The notes under the pieces: model-generated
Told to the model about the DNA's origin: nothing
Database searches by the model: none
What the model saw: only the letters and a program-made list of their open reading frames with translations
Assembly (NCBI GenBank): GCA_002269645.1
Contig: NIVC01001006.1
Span: forward strand, 1 to 64,000
DNA: 64,000 nt
Reading direction: 5' to 3'
DNA from: Macrostomum lignano
Taxonomy: Eukaryota
Shown here: one piece after another, positions 13,291-29,679 of the stretch
Numbering within the stretch: the first letter of the stretch is position 1
How the letters are laid out: each line of letters opens with the position of its first letter
Position numbers and translations under genes: made by a program

Positions 13291-14371
13291 CACGCTAATT
13301 GCAGAAATTCGGACAATTCCAGCCGGCCGCATTCTCCCAATTCCCAATCAGACCCGCCCGAAGACAGAAACGCGGTGTCCAGCCTCATCAAGTTGCAGCT
13401 CCCACCTTCCAGAATCCCATTCTCAGGCGGCGGCTGAAATTCGGTCTTTGCTCAATTCTTGTTGCCATGCAGCACCGGATGGTGAGGCCGAGGCAACTCC
13501 CGCAAAAGCCGACTTTCATTCTTGCCGCTGCTGCAGAATGTCTTGAGTTTCTCCTGACTTTGATTGCTTTTTAGTCCGCCGCCCGCCTCCCGCAATCCCG
13601 TTTCCCCCTCTGCCCCCTCCCTCCAGCCTCTATCGCAGGCGGGTCTCCCCTTTGATTAATGACGGCAGCGGCAAACTCGGGTCTCCGGCGGATTCCCGCT
13701 GCTGCTGCTGCTGCTGGGGAAGTCGGCCCGCCCTTCGTTTACAATTTTCCCCTCGCCCTCCCCTCTTGTGTCCCTAATCCCACACCAGACAGCGATTTAT
13801 GAAATCCCCATTCAAGTTGGACACTCTGGCTGGCAGCCCCGCTGATCCTCCCATTCCCTCCCTGGCTCCCCAGAAATGATTGCGCCTGGGAGAAATCCCC
13901 ATTCAGCCGCTCTCGTCTCGAATCCCAAGTGGGGATCTCGCGAGTCGCGGGGGCTCGATCCCCGGATCGCTCAGCCTGGGATGCCTCGGAGACGGCGGAG
14001 TGTTAGAAGTTGCATCACATCTGCCAAGTGCGATCGCGGAGGCAATCCATCTGGCTGACTCATCCCGGACCCGCTGTCGATGCGGAGCCCCTCGAGTTCG
14101 AAAGCTTTTTTTAGTCCGCGGGTCGTGATTTCGAGCCGCTGTCTGTCTGTGCCTCCGGAGCAGTTGCATAACGGCAGATCGCTGCAGATCTGCGCGGGTC
14201 GCCAATTTGGCGAAGCGATTGACTTGCAGCCGCCCGTCTCCCGGGGCCTCCGAATATCTGCGATTCGATTCCGAAATCCCCGGGGCTCTCAGTGCCGCTT
14301 GTGGGAGTGAGTCACTGCTCAGTTTATGGCTGGGGCAGTCCCTTAAGTTCAGAGGTTATTGAGAACTTAGG

Positions 14372-15208
14372 AGATTCGGGAGTTGGGATTTGGGAGTTGG
14401 GATTTGGGAGTTGGGAGTTAGGTTTTGGGAGTTGGAATTTGAGAGTTGGGAGTTGGGAGTTGGGAGTTGGGAGTTGGGATTTGGGAGTTGGGAGTTGGGA
14501 GTTAGGAGTTGGGAGTTGGGATTTGGGAGTTGGGAGTTGGTAGTTGGGATTTAGGAGTTGGGATTTGGGAGTTGGGAGTTGGGATTTGGGAGTTGGGAGT
14601 TGGGAGTTAGGTTTTGGGAGTTGGGATTTGAGAGTTGGGAGTTGGGAGTTGGGATTTGGGAGTTGAAAGTTGGGAGTTGGGATTTGGGAGTTGGGGTTTG
14701 GGAGTTAGGATTTGAGAGTTGGGATTTGAGAGTTGGGAGTTGGGATTTGGGAGTTGGGATTTGAGAGTTGGGAGTTGGGATTTGGGAGTTGGGATTTAGG
14801 AGTTGGGAGTTGGGATTTGGGAGTTGGGAGTTGGGAGTTGGGATTTAGGAGTTGGGATTTAGGAGTTGGGAGTTGGGATTTGGGAGTTGGGAGTTGGGAG
14901 TTGGGATTTGGGAGTTGGGAGTTGGGATTTGGGAGTTGGGAGTTGGGAGTTGGGGATTTGGGAGTTGGGATTTGAGAGTTGTGAGTTGGGATTTGGGAGT
15001 TGGGAGTTGGGAGTTGGAAGTTGGGATTCGGGAGTTAGGATTTATGAGCTGAATTTCAGATTTAGGGTTAGCGATTAGGGATTTGGGAGTTGGGATTTGG
15101 GAGTTGGGATTTGAGAGTTGGGAGTTGGTAGTTGGGATTTGGGAGTTGGGAGTTGGGAGTTGGGATTTAGGAGTTGGGATTTGGGAGTTGGGATTTGGGA
15201 GTTGGGAT
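14372..15208. repeat. 7-bp (GGGAGTT/GGGATTT)n array
   Basis: Direct reading; a GGG tract every 7 nt. Confidence 0.95.
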
Positions 15209-15889
15209 CTGGACTCTCGTACTAGAATAATGAGATTCAGGACCTGGAATTTGGAACTTGGGTTTTCTGAGAGAAAGGTATTCTGAATTAATAATTTTAG
15301 AATCCAAGGGAACACAAGCAAGTCTGTCCCGGATGGCAACAGCCATAACAATGGCGCACCGCTGCCTCATCGCACAGCCTCCGCCTGCAAGCCTGGCACG
15401 TATAGTGTCTGCCAGCTCCTCTGAAAAGGGAATTAAAATGATGCTGGAGGATGCTGGGGACCGGCGCGGAAGCCGCTAATGGGAGCCGCTGCTCCACCCA
15501 CCTGCGCCCCGCAGCTCTCTCTCTCTCTCCATGTCGCTTTCCTACCATGCTGAGTTGCCCTGGGGGCAGTGCTGAGTCCCCCCCCCCCCTGTTGTCCTCG
15601 CTGCTCTTCCCATCTCCCTAGCCAGGCAGCTCAGCTGAAGGCTTTTCCCGGCTCTGCGCCAAGGAGGCCCAGAAGCAGAATCTGGAGTGCCAACTCCAGT
15701 TTAAAACGATGCTTATAAACTTGGTCTCATTTTAAACCAAGGATGAGTTCTCAGTAATTGAGAAAATATATTTGCTGTCTGAGCTGTAAGCTGGGTTGGC
15801 ACAAGTTTTTAAGCTTTTTTTCAGTATTCTTTTATTGTAAAGTTTTGATGTAGAAAATATCTTTATTTCTTTGCTCTGCTTCAAGTTCC

Positions 15890-16340
15890 AGGCTTGCCAG
15901 TTCCAGCTTGCAGTTCCAGCCTGCAGTTCCAGCCTGCAGTTCCAGCCTGCAGTTCCAGCCTGCAGTTCCAGCCTGCAGTTCCAGCCTGCAGTTCCAGCCT
16001 GCAGTTCCAGCCTGCAGTTCCAGCATGCAGTTCCAGCCTGCCTGCAGTTCCAGCCAGCCTGCAGTTCCAGCCTGCAGTCCCAGCCTGCAGTTCCAGCCTG
16101 CCTGCAGTTCCAGCCAGCCTGCAGTTCCAGCCTGCAGTCCCAGCCTGCAGTTCCAGCCTGCCTGCAGTTCCAGCCTGCCTGCAGTTCCAGCCTGCAGTCC
16201 CAGCCTGCAGTTCCAGCCTGCCTGCAGTTCCAGCCAGCCTGCAGTTCCAGCCTGCAGTCCCAGCCTGCAGTTCCAGCCTGCCTGCAGTTCCAGCCTGCCT
16301 GCAGTTCCAGCCTGCAGCTCCAGCCTGCAGTTCCAGCAGT
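15890..16340. repeat. 13-bp minisatellite (CCAGCCTGCAGTT) with higher-order variants
   Basis: Direct tandem copies. Confidence 0.95.
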
Positions 16341-16939
16341 TGCTATTCCAGGCATTTGTCCCGAGCCTCCTTGGCGCCGCGCCCAGCGACTGCGCAGGTC
16401 TCTTTTGTTTGCCCGCATGGGCGCCCCGCCACATCCCCAGGCAGACGGCATCCCCACTCGCTGAGTCAGTCGCGTGCGGCCAAGGCTGAAACTTCATGGG
16501 AGCTGAAAAATGGAGACGAGAAATATGGATATGGCGAATCTTCCCCATTCTACCTCCCGTTACTTCCTTCCTCCTGAGCCCCCCTGCTCTTAGAGCGCGA
16601 GTCAGTCGGTGCCCAAATATCATAAAGAGCTCACGATGAGCTGCTCTGAGTTCCGAGGGCTCACGCAAGCCGCCGCCTCATCAGCATTGGGGAGTTCGCC
16701 GATTCGTGAGAATCTTTTTCCCCTAAATGGGATTTTAGCATTTCCAGCTTCCTTCCGAGCTAGGGGGGGGGGGTCCGATGAGTCCTGCCGCTGTGCCCGG
16801 GGTCAACCAGGGACGCGTGACGGTTTATTGGGAATGAATGGCAACTTGGGCTGTCAATCAGAGGGATTTCATTTTGACTTGAATTTCTGTGACAAATTTT
16901 GTTGCACAAATCTTCAAATTATTATGCAGCCACTGTAGC

Positions 16940-17040
16940 GATCCCAACTCTGATCCCCATACAGATCCCAACTCTGATCCCCATACAGATCCCAACTCTG
17001 ATCCCCATACAGATCCCAACTCTGATCCCCATACAGATCT
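16940..17040. repeat. 24-bp tandem repeat x4 (GATCCCAACTCTGATCCCCATACA)
   Basis: Direct reading. Confidence 0.9.
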
Positions 17041-17591
17041 CTACATCTTTATCCCGAGTTGATTTCACAAGAATTTAAAATTATTTGAATCAACCACAGT
17101 CATAAATGAAAATATTAAATATAGATTAAGTACAAAAGGAAAATCCCAAATCCCAAAAGCATCGGCTCGCAGTTGCTGCCAAAACGCCTGCAAATTCTGC
17201 GCAGTTGTTCTTCCGCCAAGTGCCTTGCTGCGCAGCTGCGCTGTATTTCTGCGCTTCTAGAAGAAGAAGAGCGGCTAACTGGCGCTGCGGGTGGCAGCCG
17301 TGCTGCGCGGGCCGCCTCCGCCAGCGGTTGGCTCTGTCAGTCACTCCGAAGCGAGATTTGACAGCTCCGGCCTGGTGAATAAGCGGCGGCAGCAGATGAG
17401 ATGAAAACTGATAGGAAATGTTTGGACAATGCCCGGGCAGCTTGGGGTGACCGAAGTGGCGGCGGGTGAACTGGTCTGCACTGAGGGCGTCACGCGGCTG
17501 CAGAGATTAGAATAACAAAATACAGATTGAAACTGACTGATAACTCGTCACTGGAGAGGTGGGACAGATGGTGGAATCGGCAGAGGGAGAA

Positions 17592-18335
17592 CGAGTGAGA
17601 CAGAGTGAGACAGAGTGAGACAGAGTGAGACAGAGTGAGACAGAGTGAGACAGAGTGAGACAGAGTGAACCAGAGTGAGACAGAGTGAGACAGAGTGAAC
17701 CAGAGTGAGACAGAGTGAGACAGAGTGAGACAGAGTGAGACAGAGTGAACCAGAGTGAGACAGAGTGAGACAGAGTGAGACAGAGTGAACCAGAGTGAGA
17801 CAGAGTGAGACAGAGTGAGACAGAGTGAGACAGAGTGAGACAGAGTGAGACAGGGTGAGACAGAGTGAGACAGAGTGAGACAGAGTGAACCAGAGTGAGA
17901 CAGAGTGAGACAGAGTGAGACAGAGTGAGACAGAGTGAGACAGAGTGAACCAGAGTGAGACAGAGTGAGACAGAGTGAGACAGAGTGAGACAGAGTGAAC
18001 CAGAGTGAGACAGAGTGAGACAGGGTGAGACAGAGTGAGACAGAGTGAGACAGGGTGAGACAGAGTGAGACAGAGTGAGACAGGGTGAGACAGAGTGAGA
18101 CAGAGTGAGACAGGGTGAGACAGAGTGAGACAGAGTGAGACAGGGTGAGACAGAGTGAGACAGGGTGAGACAGAGTGAGACAGAGTGAGACAGGGTGAGA
18201 CAGAGTGAGACAGGGTGAGACAGGGTGAGACAGGGTGAGACAGAGTGAGACAGGGTGAGACAGGGTGAGACAGGGTGAGACAGGGTGAGACAGGGTGAGA
18301 CAGAGTGAGACAGAGTGAGACAGGGTGAGACAGGG
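17592..18335. repeat. 10-bp minisatellite (GAGTGAGACA, variants GAGTGAACCA and GGGTGAGACA)
   Basis: Direct reading. Confidence 0.96.
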
Positions 18336-18781
18336 TGTCCTTCAAACGGAGGCACAAAGAAGGCCAACAGAAGGCAGCTGTGAACAGAGGCAATTAATTT
18401 TAAAAAGATTAGCGGCAAAGCCCAAAATTTCGTGCCGTCCCGCCCAGCTTTGTCAGGATCGAGTGCCCAGTTTGACTGATGCGCCCAGCCAGTGAACTTC
18501 ATCACTTCTGAGTTTCCTGTTTAGCGAAATGTCGCTTAAAATGTTTACCCAAAGTAAAACCGCGGATTTAGTAGCCTCCGAGGCAAAGTAAATCATATTT
18601 GAATTTATTGGTTCTTCATCAGATATTCTTGAAGCTGCAGTACAAAATTATTTATTTCCAAGAAAGCATCTGAAAGTTCATTGAGTACAAACAGGATTTA
18701 CACTGAATATACAGATGACCCGTGGCTGTGTACATGAAGGCTTGCTGCTTAAAATAAGCCAGTTGAAAATATGATGCTCCA

Positions 18782-19049
18782 GCTCAGTCACTCAGTCACT
18801 CAACATCAATCATTCAGTCACTCAGTCCCTCAGGACCAAAGGCTCAGTCACTCAGCAACCTAAGGCTCAGTCACTCAGCAACCTAAGGCTCAGTCACTCA
18901 GCAACCTAAGGCTCAGTCACTTCACTCAGCACCCTAAGGCTCAGTCACTCAGCAACCTAAGGCTCAGTCACTCAGCACCCTAAGGCTCAGTCACTCAGCA
19001 CCCTAAGGCTCAGTCACTCAGCACCCTAAGGCTCAGTCACTCAGCACCC
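18782..19049. repeat. 23-bp minisatellite (GGCTCAGTCACTCAGCAMCCTAA) overlapping the kinase stop codon
   Basis: Direct tandem copies; the last copy contains TCA 19037-19039. Confidence 0.93.
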
Positions 19050-20122
19050 GCAGTTCCCAGCTCGGGCACCAGCCGCAGCAGCCGGTCGGGCGGCCGCAGC
19101 CGCTGCCGCCTCAGCAGGTCCCGAAGGCCGGCCACTCCGCCGCCGTCCGCCTCGGCCGCGGGCAGCAGCGGGATCTCCAGCAGCCGGGCGGCCCGGCCGG
19201 TCACAAAGCCGTGGCTCAGCACCTCGGCCACGCCGCCCTGACTGCCTAGCCGATGGCCGGGCTGTGGGCACCGCAGTCGGGACACGAAATGTCGGAAATC
19301 CGGCGACCCGACGTCCTCCGAGTGGTCGGCGGCGAGGAGGCTGGCGGCCAGCGCGCCGAGGCCGAACCAGTCGGTGAAGCCGCCCGCCGGGCTCGGCCTG
19401 CCGTCCCGCCGGATCTCCGGTGGCAGCCAGTCGCTGCCGCAGTCAGCCCGGCAGGCGAACCGAGCTCGGAGCTCCAGCTGGCGGCCGGGCGGCCGAAAAT
19501 CGGCCAGACTGAAGTCGGCCAGTCGGCAGTGGCCGGGCCCGCTGAGCAGCACGTTGCACGGCCGGACGTCCAGGTGGCAGACGCCACGCTCGTGCAGGTG
19601 GCCGAGCGCCTCCGCCACCTCCAGGCTGACGAAGGCGGCCTCGGCCTCCCAGCACCGGCCGGCGGCTCGCTGGAGGTCGCCGCGGTGGCAGAACTCCATG
19701 AGGGTGAGCCGGTCAGAGCCGTGGGTGGTCACGTGACCAAGCAGGCCGACAATCAGCGGGTGCGGCGGCCCGGCCAGAGCTCGGGCGAGTCGCTGCGAGG
19801 CGGCGAAGTCGGGCGGCGGGCAGGCGGGCGGGCGGGCGCGGGTGTGCAGCTTCAGCGCCAGCAGGTGGGGCAGCGGGGGCGGCGGCCGCTCCGGGCAGCG
19901 GGCCAGGAAGACATCACCGTAGGCGCCGCTGCCGAGCGGTCCGAGCAGGCGGAACTCGAGCCCGCGGACGGAGAAGCTGGGGAAGGGAATCGGCGGCTGC
20001 GGAGGCTGGGCTGCCTCATCAGCGAGCCGCTCAGGTCGACTTGTTTTACAGGAAATTAGCGACTTCAACAGCCGGCGCCAGGAAATTCCGCGCCTCTTTC
20101 TGCGCTCCTCCTCGGCGGGCAT
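19037..20122 (-). CDS. Intronless atypical Ser/Thr protein kinase, AGC-like (361 aa)
   Basis: GSGAYG glycine loop, ALK lysine, HP-LIV, HLDVRPCN catalytic loop, DFS (for DFG), PPE (for APE), DWFGLG, and the AGC-type RLGSQGGVAEVLSHGF. Confidence 0.85.
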   Translation of the reverse strand: MPAEEERRKRRGISWRRLLKSLISCKTSRPERLADEAAQPPQPPIPFPSFSVRGLEFRLLGPLGSGAYGDVFLARCPERPPPPLPHLLALKLHTRARPPACPPPDFAASQRLARALAGPPHPLIVGLLGHVTTHGSDRLTLMEFCHRGDLQRAAGRCWEAEAAFVSLEVAEALGHLHERGVCHLDVRPCNVLLSGPGHCRLADFSLADFRPPGRQLELRARFACRADCGSDWLPPEIRRDGRPSPAGGFTDWFGLGALAASLLAADHSEDVGSPDFRHFVSRLRCPQPGHRLGSQGGVAEVLSHGFVTGRAARLLEIPLLPAAEADGGGVAGLRDLLRRQRLRPPDRLLRLVPELGTAGAE

Positions 20123-20739
20123 CGCTGCGAGTGGGGATCTGCTTTTTTATTCTGCTGCCCGTCTGCTTCTAGTAGCAAATCGGCTTCATCACTACGAATT
20201 TATACGTTCGGCAAGGCTAGACTGTGAAGTCAGGTCAGGAAAAAGGTGGCAGAATGAGTCACTAGAAGTGGCGGACTCGGTGCGATCAGGTCTAAAAATA
20301 CAGACTGGCGGGTGCAGCGGCAGAGGGCGGGGCGGCCGCCCGCAATCTGCACGCAGCCTGGGGTTGGCGCTCAGCTTTCTCCGAATCTCAGCTCTGCACG
20401 GCTCGCTGCCAGCCAGATAGCCAGTCAGTGCTGCCCGTTTCCGTGTCTGCCGAGTGCGGCAGGCCTTCACAGCGGCTGGGTCGCAAAGTGCAGTCCGGTG
20501 GTGCGCTCCGCCCCGCCCCCGCCACTGAGTGCACTTTGCAAGAATTTCCGGTGTGAAATCCGAGCTCAACCAACTGTTTTGGTAATTGGATCTTGGTGAG
20601 GAAGATGAATAAAGTGGAGAGTGAGGTGAGATGGGATAGAGATGAAGGAAAGAGATGAAGATGAGGGTAGAGGAGTGAGAGAAGGAGGAGATATAGAAAA
20701 GGATAAAGGGAGAGAGGAATGAGGGAGGAAAAAGAAAGA

Positions 20740-21725
20740 AATAGGAGAGGGGAGAGAGAGAGGGAGAGAGGGAGAGGGAGAGAGAGAGAGGGAGAGAGAG
20801 AGGGAGAGAGGGAGAGGGAGAGGGAGAGAGGGAGAGGGAGAGAGAGAGGGAGAGCGAGAGGGAGAGGGTGAGGGAGAGGGAGAGAGAGAGGGAGAGCGAG
20901 AGGGAGAGGGTGAGGGAGAGGGAGAGGGAGAGGGAGAGGGAGAGCGAGAGGGAGAGGGTGAGGGAGAGGGAGAGGGAGAGGGAGAGCGAGAGGGAGAGGG
21001 TGAGGGAGAGGGAGAGGGAGAGGGAGAGGGTGAGGGAGAGGGAGAGGGTGAGGGAGAGGGAGAGGGAGAGGGAGAGCGAGAGGGAGAGGGTGAGGGTGAG
21101 GGAGAGGGAGAGGGAGAGGGAGAGCGAGAGGGAGAGGGTGAGGGAGAGGGAGAGGGAGAGGGAGAGGGAGAGGGAGAGCGAGAGGGAGAGGGCGAGAGAG
21201 AGGGAGAGGGAGAGGGAGAGGGAGAGGGAGAGGGTGAGGGAGAGGGAGAGGGAGAGGGAGAGCGAGAGGGAGAGCGAGAGGGAGAGGGAGAGGGAGAGGG
21301 AGAGCGAGAGGGAGAGGGTGAGGGAGAGGGAGAGGGAGAGCGAGAGGGAGAGGGTGAGGGAGAGGGAGAGGGAGAGGGAGAGGGAGAGGGAGAGGGAGAG
21401 GGTGAGGGAGAGGGAGAGGGAGAGAGAGAGGGAGAGCGAGAGGGAGAGGGTGAGGGAGAGGGAGAGGGAGAGGAGAGGGAGAGCGAGAGGGTGAGGGAGA
21501 GGGCGAGAGAGAGGGAGAGGGAGAGGGAGAGGGAGAGGGAGAGGGTGAGGGAGAGCGAGAGGGAGAGGGTGAGGGAGAGGGAGAGGGAGAGGGAGAGCGA
21601 GAGGGAGAGGGTGAGGGAGAGGGAGAGGGAGAGGGAGAGGGAGAGGGAGAGGGAGAGGGAGAGGGAGAGGGAGAGGGAGAGGGAGAGGGCGAGAGAGAGG
21701 GAGAGGGAGAGGGAGAGGGAGGGAG
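20740..21725. repeat. ~1-kb homopurine (GAGAGG)n array
   Basis: Direct reading. Confidence 0.96.
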
Positions 21726-22500
21726 ATGAATTCAGAGAGCCAGAAACAAAGAGAAGATCAGTGTCAGAGGGCAAGCGGGTGAACAGACAGCAGCAGATGA
21801 TTAAGAAAGTAACAAAAAAAGTTTCAGACAACGAGAGTGCAAATTGAGATGGAAGCTGGAGATGTTGAAAGCAGCAATGAGTAAACCAGACAGCATACCC
21901 ATATTAGGAGAGTTCGGGAGAGAAGCGAACTGAAACGGCAGAGGCTCGGGCTCAGAAGCACCCTGGGAATCGCGTTGTGCTGCACAAAAGCAGAATCCTC
22001 AGCCGGGAACTCACAGATGAGGCAGCCTCCGCCGGCCCCTCATTTGCCGGCCGAGCGGCCCTTTGCAGCAGCGAGAAGTGGATTTGGGAGAATCGAGTTA
22101 GGGCCGGCACAGCCCGGATCCCCCTTCCCCTGTTGCCGCTCCCTCCCAGATCCCCATTGAGGCTCTTGGCAGGGTGGGAAGTTGTAGAACTGGCGAACTA
22201 GAAGGAGAGAGACGGGGAGACTGGGATCTGGGATCTAACAGCCCACTAGTTTAACGACCGGGCCAGCGCCACTTATCCCCCCCTCAATGCGGAGTCGCCC
22301 CGCCCGTCTCTGGGGTTTCCTGGGCTCTCGCGGGCTGAGATTTCATTAGCGGGGCTCGGAGACTCCGCGCCGGAGTTGAGAGGCGGCACAGACTGGCAGG
22401 AGAGGCGGGGTGTCGGCTCTGGGAGATGTCGCAGCTGCGGGATAATGAGGGCGGCGAGGGTGCGAGCTGGGTTGAAGGACTGGCGACGGCTGGGGAGCAA

Positions 22501-23120
22501 GGATAGAATGGATTGCTAATCTAGCCTATCATGGGTGCAGGAATAGAATGGATTGCTAATCTAGCCTATCATGGGTGCAGGAATAGAATGGATTGCTAAT
22601 CTAGCCTATCATGGGTGCAGGAATAGAATGGATTGCTAATCTAGCCTATCATGGGTGCAGGAATAGAATGGATTGCTAATCTAGCCTATCATGGGTGCAG
22701 GAATAGAATTGATTGCTAATCTAGCCTATCATGGGTGCAGGAATAGAATGGATTGCTAATCTAGCCTATCATGGATGCAGGAATAGAATGGATTGCTAAT
22801 CTAGCCTATCATGGATGCAGGAATAGAGTGGATTGCTAATCTAGCCTATCATGGGTGCAGAAATAGAATGGATTGCTAATCTAGCCTATCATGGGTGCAG
22901 GAATAGAATGGATTGCTAATTTAGCCTATCATGGATGCAGGAATAGAATGGATTGCTAATCTAGCCTATCATGGGTGCAGGAATAGAATGGATTGCTAAT
23001 CTAGCCTATCACGGATGCAGGAATAGAATGGATTGCTAATCTAGCCTATCATAGATGCAGGAGTAGAATGGATTGCTAATCTAGCCTATCATGGGTGCAG
23101 GAATAGAATGGATTGCTAAT
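22501..23120. repeat. 40-bp minisatellite (GAATAGAATGGATTGCTAATCTAGCCTATCATGGGTGCAG) x~15.5
   Basis: Exact 40-bp period. Confidence 0.97.
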
Positions 23121-24515
23121 GTAGGGATGCTGTGGAGCCATCAGAAAGGCCACAGCGCACAAAAGGCACCTCAGCAAGCAGAAGACGGCAGCGGCAGGCT
23201 GATGCAGCAGAGCCGCACAGGTGCAATCCGAAGCCCCACTGAAATTACAGCGGGGGGGGGGGCAGCAGGGCTGAGCAGGGCAGCCGCCAACAATGACATC
23301 TTGGCCAGGCCATCTCAGCGGGATGAGCAGCAGCCGATACCCCATCGATCTCCGTCCCCAACGCCGGCTCACTCAGAGCCCCAGCTTCTCAACCCCATCT
23401 ACTTGTCCCTCCAACACAAAGGTCGACACTGAGCTGCTTGGGATTAAATCCCAGCTATGGGGGGGGGGTAAAGAGGATTATCGATCGTCTGCCTTCGTCT
23501 CACTAATCCCGCAGCTTTAGATGCAAAGCCCACTCATAACCACCTCAAAAGCATTATTAATCCGTAGTCATGCACCTGGAGCTCAGGAGGTGCTCAAACA
23601 GGGCCGCATCATTAGCAGCTGCGAGTATTGAATCAGCATCAGCCAGGGTTGACTTGAGCACTCAATGCACTACTCAGTCTATTAAGCTACTGAGCATCAA
23701 ATGTCTGCTCACACAGTCAGTTATTGCTCAACTTTTTCTCGGCACTAAACAGCTGCAGCAGACTTGCAAATTGCTTTTGGGCCGCTTGGGATTTAAGGGG
23801 GGAGTTTAGTTGCTAACAGAAGTCCCATCTTGCTTAGTGAGGAGCTGGTGGGGGAAGGCGTCCAGTTCACAATGCCCCACTGCAGTTCATGTAAGTAGTG
23901 AGCGCAGACATTAACTCAGAATCAAAATAGCAATCACCCAGTTCAGGAAACCTAAAAGCAACAGGGATAGAAAGTCACGGGGATCAGCTATAGTAGCTTT
24001 GCAAAGTGAATCGCCTGCTGCCTCTCTGCTTTGAAGGGAGCGGCAAGTTTGTTTTCCAAGAGCTGCGCAGCCAGGTGTAGCAGAAAGTGAAAAGAAAAGC
24101 TGATCTTCTAATTAAAATGCGGCAAATTCTGATTTGGAAACTGGGAGAGAATTTTTTGTGTCTGACATTTTTCTGCGCTGTTATTTTCAAGTCAGAAACT
24201 TAAAGTATTGAAGCAGTGCAAAGCAAAGAAAGTCATACGGGCAAACACTGACTGCAGGCTCTCGCCCTAGCAACTAGAAAAATGAGATTTCAGTCTGAAA
24301 GAGGAGGGCAGGTGAGGCGGGGGGCAGTGAGGGAGCTTCTGTGTTGACAAATGCAAGCTCGCTGCTTTCTGCTTCTAAAAGCAAAAGACTCTGGGCAACT
24401 GATGAGGCTAGCTGGATGCTGCAAAGGAGCTGTAACTGGCACCGTAGGCTTTCATCTTCTTAATTGATTTCTTAGAAATATTTTTTTCGTACGCTCGCTC
24501 TGAATTCCGCAGGTG

Positions 24516-28901
<4,386 letters not shown>

Positions 28902-29679
28902 GGCGGAGACTGGCAGACTGAGATGCTGCAGATTCTATCGCACTTGAGCAGTTGGTGCAAATGTTTTGCTTTTGGCATTAGGCAGACAGTGGGCTGATGA
29001 AAGCTCTGTGAAATATTAGAATTCTAAATTTATGCGATAGGGGACTGGGATCAGCTCAGCAACAGGGGACTGGGATCAGTTCAGCAACAGGGGACTGGGA
29101 TCAGCTCAGCAACAGGGGACTGGGATCAGTTCAGCAACAGGGGACTGGGATCAGGTCAGCAACAGGGGACTGGGATCAAGTCAGCAACAGGGGACTGGGA
29201 TCAAGTCAGCAACAGGGGACTGGGATCAAGTCAGCAACAGGGGACTGGGATCAAGTCAGCAACAGGGGACTGGGATCAGGTCAGCAACAGGGGACTGGGA
29301 TCAAGTCAGCAACAGGGGACTGGGATCAGGTCAGCAACAGGGGACTGGGATCAAGTCAGCAACAGGGGACTGGGATCAGGTCAGCAACAGGGGACTGGGA
29401 TCAGGTCAGCAACAGGGGACTGGGATCAAGTCAGCAACAGGGGACTGGGATCAGCTCAGCAACAGGGGACTGGGATCAGTTCAGCAACAGGGGACTGGGA
29501 TCAGGTCAGCAACAGGGGACTGGGATCAGGTCAGCAACAGGGGACTGGGATCAGGTCAGCAACAGGGGACTGGGATCAGGTCAGCAACAGGGGACTGGGA
29601 TCAGGTCAGCAACAGGGGACTGGTATCAGGTCAGCAACAGGGGACTGGGATCAGGTCAGCAACAGGGGACTGGGATCAG

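Noticed and set aside
14372-15208. Interstitial telomere
   Set aside because: Units are 7-mers GGGAGTT/GGGATTT, not TTAGGG or TTAGG; only sporadic TTAGG variants.
22501-23120. CRISPR-like appearance of the 40-, 73- and 84-bp arrays
   Set aside because: Head-to-tail repeats with no unique spacers, no cas genes, and a eukaryotic context.
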